This document shows, one piece after another, positions 57,821 to 64,000 of a stretch of 64,000 bases of DNA. Below the pieces are notes generated by a model that was not told where the DNA came from, made no database searches, and saw only the letters and a list, made by a program, of their open reading frames with translations. Both the position numbers and the translations under genes were made by a program. Location: assembly GCA_038060295.1 (NCBI GenBank), contig JBBTHR010000006.1:8735-72734 (forward strand). Direction: 5' to 3'. The first letter of the stretch is position 1, and every line of letters starts with the position of its first letter. This DNA comes from Candidatus Eiseniibacteriota bacterium. GTDB lineage: Bacteria; Eisenbacteria; RBG-16-71-46; SZUA-252.

Positions 57821-60106
57821 CTAAGCGTCTTCCGTCGAATACTCCTCCGGCCTGATCCCGAGCCGCTCCATCTTGTACAGTAGCGTGGTCCGGTTCATCC
57901 CCTCCAGGCTCCGGGCGGCGTCCGTCTTGTTGCCGCGGTGGGCGCGGAGGGCTTCGAGAATCCAGGCACGTTCGTCGCGGACCTGGGCGGCCCGCACTCT
58001 GTCGCGGCGAAGGGTCGCCGGCAACTTCACGCGTAGCTCGGGGAGCAGGGCGTCGAGGCCGATCACGGAACCGCTCTCGCTGACCGCCACCAGCCGGGCG
58101 ACCTCATTCCGGAGTTCTCGCACGTTCCCCGGCCACGCGTACGCGCGGAGGAGCGGCTCGACGTCGGCGGCCATGGAGAGACGCTTTCCTGCGGCGGCGC
58201 ACACCTGCGCGAGGAAGTAGCGGAAGAGCGGCAGAATGTCCTCTTCCCTCTCCGCGAGCGCCGGCACAGCCACTCTAACCCCGGCCAGCCGGTAATAGAG
58301 GTCGCGCCGGAACGTCCCTCGCTCCACCATCCCACCAAGGTCCGCATTCGTGGCCGCGACGACGCGAACATCGATCGTGTGCACCTCGTCGGTGCCAACG
58401 CGCCTCAATTCCCCGGTCTCGAGAATACGCAGGAGAGTTGCCTGGGCCGTGGGCGAAAGTTCTCCCACCTCATCAAGGAGGAGGGTCCCTCCATCGGCGG
58501 CCGCGAAGAGCCCGTCGCGCGCGGCAACGGCTCCGGTGAAGGCGCCGCGCTCGTGCCCGAAGAGTTCACTGTCGAGAATCCCGGGCGATAGCGCGGCGCA
58601 ATTCACCGGCACAAGCCGCCGCTTGCGCCGGTCGCTCATCAGGTGGAGCGCCTGCGCGAGAAGTTCCTTCCCCGTCCCGCTGGGACCGGAGATGAGCACG
58701 GGGATCTTCGACGGCGCGACGCTCTGAAGCGTGGCCACCGCCGCGCTGATCGCGGGGCTCGTCGTGACGATTCCAAAGCGGAGGGCTCCGCGATCCAGGC
58801 CTTCGATGCCTTCCAGCACCGCGAGGTCCGGCCGCGTCGACTCCTCGCGATCCGGCGATTCCTCGAATCCCAGGAGGCGGTCGATAGCGACGGCCTCGTG
58901 CTCCAGCCCGATCCGCTCAAAATTGGCGCGAGCCTCCCATAGCTGAAGGCGACCGATCATTTGCTCGTCCCGCTGCTGGCTCTCCAGCCGCGTCGAACCG
59001 GCCCACGCCAGGGTCCGCGCGAGTTCGTAGGGAATCTCGTAGGCGCGGCCGAGGGCGATGCCGTGGTCGGCGAGGCGGTAGGCCTTGGTCGCGTTGCCGG
59101 CCGCTCGATGCGCCATGGCGAGGACGCGCTGCGTTGCGCACTCCTCGTAGCGGTCGCCGGTCTCGAGCGCGACCTTGAGGCCGTGCTCGCAGGCGAGGAT
59201 GGCAGCGTTGGGATCGCCGAGATGGACGAGGCACTCGCCGATGCGGTGGCCGAGTTCGGGGATGATGTCCCCGTTAGGTGCATGGGCCGCCGCAATGCGC
59301 TCCGCCGCCCGGTAGGAGTCGAGGGCGTCAGTCCACAACCCCGAGTTGACGAAGCAATCGCCAAGATACTCGAGGCAGATGGCCTCTTCGCGCTTGTGCA
59401 CGCCGAATCGGATCTCGGTGAGCAAGCGGTGCAGAAGCTCCCTTGCCTCTTGGTGGCGGCCTAGAAGTCGGTGGCACTTCGCCTGAACCATCTCAGCGAG
59501 GATTCTCCAGAGGGGAGTCGGGCATCCTTGGAGCGACGCGACGGCCTTCGAGACCTCGATGGCGGCTTCCTCGATGCCACCGGACTTCAGGAGCACGATC
59601 GCGAGGTTTGTCCGGTTCCGAGCGGCGGCCACGGGCTCACCCAGCTCCAAGGAGGCTTCGATGGCACGGCGGCTCTCGTGAGTAGCCTGTTTCCACATCC
59701 CGAGGCCTTTGAACAGAACCGCTAGGCGGCGCTGGTGCGCTAGCGCGGCGACAGGGTCCCTCAGGATCCACTTTGCGATGTGATGGGCGGCGCGAAGGTG
59801 CGTTTCCGCTCTGGATATCTGCCCCAGGCGCCTAAAGCTCCTCGCGAGGATGGCGTGGATCTCAGATAGAAGTGCCTGGCTTGAAGTTGATCCAATCGTT
59901 TCCACCCCTGGTTGGCCCTCGCGGACAACCTCGGTCCATCTGCCGAGTTGCTCGAGAGCGTTAAGCCGTGCGATCAGGATTCGCGCGGAGTCGGAGTCCT
60001 CGGTGATGGGTGGGAGGGATGCGGTCAGCAGCAAGAGCTCCTCGAGCAGATTGCGCGAGCGGAGGTCTTCGAGTTTCGCAAGGAGGGTTGCGGCGTCACC
60101 CTTCAT
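57821..60106 (-). CDS. Sigma-54-dependent transcriptional activator (bEBP) with a roughly 440-aa N-terminal TPR-like region
   Basis: AAA+ sigma-54 interaction domain (VLISGPSGTGKELLAQALH, ELFGHERGAFTGA, LLLDEVGEL, RVVAATN, RRDLYYRL). C-terminal Fis-type HTH (NKTDAARSLEGMNRTTLLYKMERLGI). The ATG at 60106 overlaps the upstream small ORF stop as ATGA. The track start is the GTG at 60112. Confidence 0.92.
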   Translation of the reverse strand: MKGDAATLLAKLEDLRSRNLLEELLLLTASLPPITEDSDSARILIARLNALEQLGRWTEVVREGQPGVETIGSTSSQALLSEIHAILARSFRRLGQISRAETHLRAAHHIAKWILRDPVAALAHQRRLAVLFKGLGMWKQATHESRRAIEASLELGEPVAAARNRTNLAIVLLKSGGIEEAAIEVSKAVASLQGCPTPLWRILAEMVQAKCHRLLGRHQEARELLHRLLTEIRFGVHKREEAICLEYLGDCFVNSGLWTDALDSYRAAERIAAAHAPNGDIIPELGHRIGECLVHLGDPNAAILACEHGLKVALETGDRYEECATQRVLAMAHRAAGNATKAYRLADHGIALGRAYEIPYELARTLAWAGSTRLESQQRDEQMIGRLQLWEARANFERIGLEHEAVAIDRLLGFEESPDREESTRPDLAVLEGIEGLDRGALRFGIVTTSPAISAAVATLQSVAPSKIPVLISGPSGTGKELLAQALHLMSDRRKRRLVPVNCAALSPGILDSELFGHERGAFTGAVAARDGLFAAADGGTLLLDEVGELSPTAQATLLRILETGELRRVGTDEVHTIDVRVVAATNADLGGMVERGTFRRDLYYRLAGVRVAVPALAEREEDILPLFRYFLAQVCAAAGKRLSMAADVEPLLRAYAWPGNVRELRNEVARLVAVSESGSVIGLDALLPELRVKLPATLRRDRVRAAQVRDERAWILEALRAHRGNKTDAARSLEGMNRTTLLYKMERLGIRPEEYSTEDA

Positions 60107-60429
60107 CGCCACAGCGCCAGGAAAGCTCTCAACGACACGATTCTGAAATACCGGTAGGCGATATCGGTTCGGGTACCAGCGGACTGGTACGACGAGGTTA
60201 GGGCAGCCGATGAGTCGAGTGATGTCGATTTCGCCGTACCGGCCTTCACGGGCCCATGCGCGGGGCCATAGTCGTCATCGGGGTCTCCTGAAAGGGGATC
60301 TGTGCTAACGGGAAATGGCTTCGCCACGGCGTGATCGGGCACGATCGAGGTGGTGGCCACCGCGACCAATAGTAGGAGCAACATCCCACACCACCATACC
60401 GCGCGTCGAATTCGTGCAAATTGGTTCAT
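60103..60429 (-). CDS. Small exported protein (108 aa), translationally coupled to the bEBP
   Basis: The ATG is preceded by TAAGGA (5-nt spacing). Hydrophobic N-terminus AVWWCGMLLLLLVAVATTSIV. Its stop overlaps the bEBP ATG. Confidence 0.55.
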   Translation of the reverse strand: MNQFARIRRAVWWCGMLLLLLVAVATTSIVPDHAVAKPFPVSTDPLSGDPDDDYGPAHGPVKAGTAKSTSLDSSAALTSSYQSAGTRTDIAYRYFRIVSLRAFLALWR

Positions 60430-60441
60430 GGCATCCTTACC

Positions 60442-60723
60442 TCACGAGGGAAACCGGCTGAGCGTGCGACGGGACTCACAGTCGCACGCTGGGAAACTCT
60501 CACCGGCTCCTGAAACGACAAGAGAAAGCGGAAGAGCTGGCCCTGGGACGGCCTGCGCTGTGCCAGTCCACGTGACCACGGCTACGCTCGAGACTCCGGC
60601 CACCACCAGTAAGACGAGCAATGGGAGCAACCGGATCGGAGCGATTCGACTTCTCGTCGAGCCCACCAACCCGCCGATCACGAGCAGCCACAAGTCGCTT
60701 GGGAACGAGACGTGTTTCTTCAT
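60442..60723 (-). CDS. Small membrane protein (93 aa, two hydrophobic segments)
   Basis: The internal ATG at 60723 (MKKHVSFPSDLWLLVIGGLVG...LLPLLVLLVVAGVSSVAVV) has GAGG upstream. It ends 12 nt before the next ORF. Confidence 0.45.
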   Translation of the reverse strand: MKKHVSFPSDLWLLVIGGLVGSTRSRIAPIRLLPLLVLLVVAGVSSVAVVTWTGTAQAVPGPALPLSLVVSGAGESFPACDCESRRTLSRFPS

Positions 60724-60740
60724 GGCGCTACTGCCTCGAT

Positions 60741-60983
60741 TCATGAGCCGACGATCCGATCCGAGGGGGGGTGAAGGTCGGATAGGCGACAATATCTTGA
60801 TGGGGACTGTTTCTCTAGATCGACATCGGAGGACGTAATTCGGCGGAACTGGTGGGGACGGACTGTGAGAAGCCGTAGGATCTCAAGCACGCGCGCCCCC
60901 TGCTGCCGTGTCGGCCTAGCGTTCAGAGGTGGGACCGAAGCGCAGGCTACCACCAAGAGCGAACTCAAGTCAAGCTGTTTCAT
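60741..60983 (-). CDS. Possible small lipoprotein-like ORF (80 aa)
   Basis: MKQLDLSSLLVVACAS has a lipobox-like VVAC. No clear RBS. It ends 17 nt before the next ORF. Confidence 0.3.
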   Translation of the reverse strand: MKQLDLSSLLVVACASVPPLNARPTRQQGARVLEILRLLTVRPHQFRRITSSDVDLEKQSPSRYCRLSDLHPPSDRIVGS

Positions 60984-61024
60984 TTCAATGGTTTATGGAA
61001 ACGAATCTTGACATCGGCCGAGGT

Positions 61025-61065
61025 GCTCGACCTGGGCGAATCTCCGCGTTCGTGGCTCGACCTGG
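61025..61065. repeat. Direct repeat GCTCGACCTGG x2 with 30-bp spacing, plus a partial third copy at 61107-61114
   Basis: Read directly in the 374-bp divergent intergenic region, 220-260 bp upstream of the sigma-54 promoter at 61287. Confidence 0.6.
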
Positions 61066-61286
61066 CCAAGCCAGTTAAGTGTAATTAATAAAGCTATTTA
61101 GGGCAACTCGACCTCATCCGAGTGGGAACGGCCACCCATGCGGTGCCCGAGCCAGCCGTGGCTCTCGCGCAACCATGTCGAGTCCTCGTCCAGCCCGAAA
61201 CGATCCGATCTTCTAACCCGATTTGCTATGGCTTGTTACGGGCTTCGTATGACCGCCTTGATTTCGGCAAGCCGGGAGCCGAGCCA

Positions 61287-61301
61287 TGGCACCGCGGTTG
61301 C
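61287..61301 (+). promoter_or_regulatory. Sigma-54 promoter TGGCACCGCGGTTGC
   Basis: Exact match to TGGCAC-N5-TTGC, 57 nt upstream of the ATG at 61358. Confidence 0.72.
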
Positions 61302-61357
61302 GTTAGCAGTCCCACAGGAACGGGACGCCCAGAACGGGCAGCAACCACGGAGGCGAT

Positions 61358-61558
61358 ATGGAAAAGTCGAGGGGAACCAAGAAGACGCTGAAGACGGTGG
61401 CGACGATGGCGGCACTGGTCGCGGCACTGGCGACGACGGGATGCACCGGCAGCTCGCTGATGGGGCCGGAGTCGGGGACGCAGGCGCAGGGGCAGTCGGT
61501 GACGGCGAACAACGCTGGTAACGAGCTGAATCCCGCGGGCAATGGCCTGAAGCCGTAA
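61358..61558 (+). CDS. 66-aa lipoprotein-like small secreted peptide
   Basis: RBS ACGGAGG. MEKSRGTKKTLKTVATMAALVAALATTGC (signal plus Cys), followed by a low-complexity G/N/Q/S-rich mature part of about 37 aa. Confidence 0.6.
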   Translation: MEKSRGTKKTLKTVATMAALVAALATTGCTGSSLMGPESGTQAQGQSVTANNAGNELNPAGNGLKP

Positions 61559-61571
61559 GGGAGTTGGGAGA

Positions 61572-64000
61572 CTAGCGACTCACATCAAGGACACGAAGGA
61601 GGGCCTGAGCATGAGGCGTCCCAAGATAGAGACGACGGCGGCCCTCGCTGAGTTCGCCAGCGACCTCTCGCAGCACGCGGACCGAAAGTCCGAATCTCTT
61701 CTGTGCGACCTCGCGCTCACCAGAGCGAAGAGCGCCGTGGCCGATTCCGGCGCTGATTCTCCAAGCGTATTCGCGAGCGCCTCCCGACTCCGCAAGCGTC
61801 AACCCCTCCTGGACAAGGTGCAACAAGTCGCCATCGTGGATCCCGCGGTCGGCCAGGATCTCCGACAGGACGAGCGCGCCTCGCAGGGCAACAACCAAAG
61901 CGCCGTCCTCAACGGCCTTAGTCGTCGTAAGACGGACTCTGTCCCAACTCGCATTGGGATCCTTTCGACGCCAGGCGAGGCGGTCCAGTTCGATCTGGAC
62001 CCCCGGTAAATCCTCCCAGTCCTTCGTCTCTAGAAGCACAGCCTCTGCCTTTTCGAGGAGCAACTGTGCCCGTCCGAAGTTACCCGCTCGGACTTCAATT
62101 CGTGCTTCCAGCCAGTCAAGACGCGGCTGCACATCGTCAAAACCACGGCCTCCGAGTTCCGACGACACCCTGCGGACGGCCGACAGAGCCGCGGCGTCAT
62201 CACCGAGCTGGTGTAGTGCAAATGCCTCCATTTCGAGAGCCTTGGCCATGTCATGCGGGTTCGGCAGGGCGGCGGCGGCATTCCACGCATCACGCGCTCG
62301 GTCGATGGCGGACTCGTATTTCGCCAAGAGGCTGAAATTGATAGATGCACCCAGAGAGGCGGCAAGAAACTCGAAAGTGCTTCCCGTACGTCGCGCCCAC
62401 ATTGCCGACAGGCCATGATGCTCGACGGCATCGCTGAACCGCCCCATTCCGTAGTACAACCCGGCACGATTCGACAGAATTCTCGCCTTGAAGCTATCGA
62501 ATCCTCCCAACTCGGCATCCTTCCAAGCCTCCCCGAGTAATGAGAGCGTACGTTCGAAGTCACCGAGGTAGTAGACCGCGGTGGCCAAGGCATTGCGGAC
62601 TCGCATGCGCCAGTACGGGCCGCAGGGCTCGCGCAGCCCATCCTCGAGGAGATCTCGCGCCTCTTCCCTTCGTCCTGTCTCGATGAGCGCTGCCCCGAGC
62701 TGATAGAGGAGTCCTGCCCGGGGATCCGCCAGGTCTTGGCGGCCAGTCGTATCTCCGAGGATTGACCTGAGGCGAAAGATGCATCGATCGCGCAGCTGCC
62801 CATCGCCGTGGCGCCATTCAATCTCCGCGAGGTCCGCGTGGGCATTCAGGACTGTCGCCGTGAAGTCCCTCTCACCCACACCTTTGATCACTGCCTCGAA
62901 GCAGGCCCGGGCCCCCTCAAGCTCGCCTAGAGCGAGTTGGATGCGGCCAAGAGCCTTGGAGTGCCCTTGCATGGCAGATGGCTCAACGCGACTGTCGCTC
63001 CAGACTTCCGAGTCGAGAAGCAAGGCCTTCGCGTCTCGATCTCGGCCAAGTCGATGTAGCGCCTCGGCACGGGCGAGGCTCGCCCCCCTCGCATCCGCGG
63101 TGACACTACTCGCTCGTGCCCAAGACTCCGCGCGAGACGCTCTCCGTTCCGCAAGTCTGAAGTCATGGCGCTCTTGGGCAAGCCTGACCGCCACCATTTG
63201 CTGGGCATGGTCCCTGGATGCTTGCGCACGCACATCGGCCAGGCTCTCCTCGCCGAGCATTTCGCCGATTCGATCCGCGACGAGCTGGGCGGCGAGGCGC
63301 TGCTCATTGGGAGTCGCGAGCGCGAGAACGTCGTCGACAACGGCAACCGACGAGAGCCTCCAGGCGCCCCGTCGTTCCAGGGCCCACCCGCGGATAGCAA
63401 GGGCATCCAACTTCGTGTGAACCGAGGTCTCGCCCTGGTCAAGAAGCTTGGCGATCGCATGTGTCGGGAGACCCGCTACTACCACTGCAAGAAAGAGAAG
63501 CGACGCGTGCTGATCAGCGACCAGAGTCGGCCATTGTGCTGCGAGGTTGTCCCTCGAACTCGCGAAGTCGAGCGATCGAATCTGTTCGCGCTCCAGGAAG
63601 CGCCACTCACCAGCCCGCCGAACCAGGATTCCCCTCTGCACGAGCCTGAGAAGGCTGCCTACCACTTGATTCGGTTGACCTGAGGTTTGCTCCGCAAACA
63701 TCGCCTGGAGTTCGCTCTCGATTTGTGCCGCTCCCAGGAGCCCACGGATCGCCAGCGACACCTCCTTGCCGTCGAAGGGCTCGAGTGCGATTGTCCGTTC
63801 AAATACCTCGATGGGCTGAATCGTCGCGGTGCCCGACTGCACAATCAGGATGGGAAATCTAATCTGCCGTTCGATCGCGACGGCTGCAACGTAGCGTGCA
63901 ATTCTGCGCGCGAGATTCCTTGCATCTGCCTGCTGCTCGTCGGGGGGATCCGACGTCACGAGAATCGGGCCCGACCGTGATGCAGTGAGGAGATGTTCCG
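61572..64000 (-). CDS. STAND-like/TPR regulatory protein, 5'-truncated by the window edge
   Basis: The reading frame stays open upstream of the track start (GTG at 63959) to base 64000 (..EHLLTASRSGPILVTSDPP..). The region FPILIVQSG...IALEPFDGKEV resembles the end of an AAA_16/NB-ARC-type NTPase module. Winged-helix-like segments and about 450 aa of TPR-like repeats follow. Confidence 0.7.
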   Translation of the reverse strand, partial: EHLLTASRSGPILVTSDPPDEQQADARNLARRIARYVAAVAIERQIRFPILIVQSGTATIQPIEVFERTIALEPFDGKEVSLAIRGLLGAAQIESELQAMFAEQTSGQPNQVVGSLLRLVQRGILVRRAGEWRFLEREQIRSLDFASSRDNLAAQWPTLVADQHASLLFLAVVVAGLPTHAIAKLLDQGETSVHTKLDALAIRGWALERRGAWRLSSVAVVDDVLALATPNEQRLAAQLVADRIGEMLGEESLADVRAQASRDHAQQMVAVRLAQERHDFRLAERRASRAESWARASSVTADARGASLARAEALHRLGRDRDAKALLLDSEVWSDSRVEPSAMQGHSKALGRIQLALGELEGARACFEAVIKGVGERDFTATVLNAHADLAEIEWRHGDGQLRDRCIFRLRSILGDTTGRQDLADPRAGLLYQLGAALIETGRREEARDLLEDGLREPCGPYWRMRVRNALATAVYYLGDFERTLSLLGEAWKDAELGGFDSFKARILSNRAGLYYGMGRFSDAVEHHGLSAMWARRTGSTFEFLAASLGASINFSLLAKYESAIDRARDAWNAAAALPNPHDMAKALEMEAFALHQLGDDAAALSAVRRVSSELGGRGFDDVQPRLDWLEARIEVRAGNFGRAQLLLEKAEAVLLETKDWEDLPGVQIELDRLAWRRKDPNASWDRVRLTTTKAVEDGALVVALRGALVLSEILADRGIHDGDLLHLVQEGLTLAESGGAREYAWRISAGIGHGALRSGEREVAQKRFGLSVRVLREVAGELSEGRRRLYLGTPHAQALLRVLDVSR

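Noticed and set aside
60350-60838. 162-aa plus-strand ORF overlapping the small minus-strand ORFs
   Set aside because: The translation is hydrophilic low-complexity sequence with no motif. The minus-strand ORFs have RBSs, hydrophobic segments and an ATGA coupling to the bEBP.

Overview
This is a 64 kb high-GC chromosomal fragment from an unidentified bacterium. Four large secreted proteins end in the same FlgD-Ig/T9SS-like C-terminal domain, which fits an uncultured Gemmatimonadota-, Eisenbacteria- or FCB-type lineage, but that placement is inference only. All calls were made by eye from the sequence and the ORF track, with no database search. Start codons are approximate, and many long ORFs in the track are antisense shadow ORFs typical of high-GC DNA.

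Housekeeping content:
- eno-ftsB-tRNA(fMet) and aminopeptidase N.
- A GH1 beta-glucosidase and an ADP-forming acetyl-CoA synthetase.
- A long suf Fe-S operon in the order merR-like, sufA, sufC, sufB, sufD, sufS, sufU, Rieske, DUF59, PCD.
- nadE, ygfZ, arsR-arsM and apt.
- A fadA-fadB operon divergent from fadD.

Items worth a second look:
1. An operon at 42.06-44.35 kb encodes three paralogous exported proteins sharing an invariant C-x10-H-x-E-C-x2-K-C motif. A diheme cytochrome c sits between them. I cannot assign the paralogues to a known family.
2. A lower-GC island runs from about 53.1 kb to the window end.
   - It holds a TPR-fused sigma-54 enhancer-binding protein that is translationally coupled to small exported ORFs.
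   - It has two near-consensus sigma-54 promoters. One drives a 1158-aa CARDB/HExxH surface protein plus a TonB-C-like protein. The other drives a 66-aa lipoprotein-like peptide.
   - It ends in a window-truncated STAND-like/TPR gene.
3. A MerR-family protein with a CxxC-x9-CxxC tail is translationally coupled to the head of the suf operon.
4. A LOG-LuxE-LuxC operon occurs with no luciferase genes.
5. A third consensus sigma-54 promoter at 14.67 kb drives a small aromatic-rich secreted protein.

No CRISPR array, rRNA, transposase or integrase was seen.
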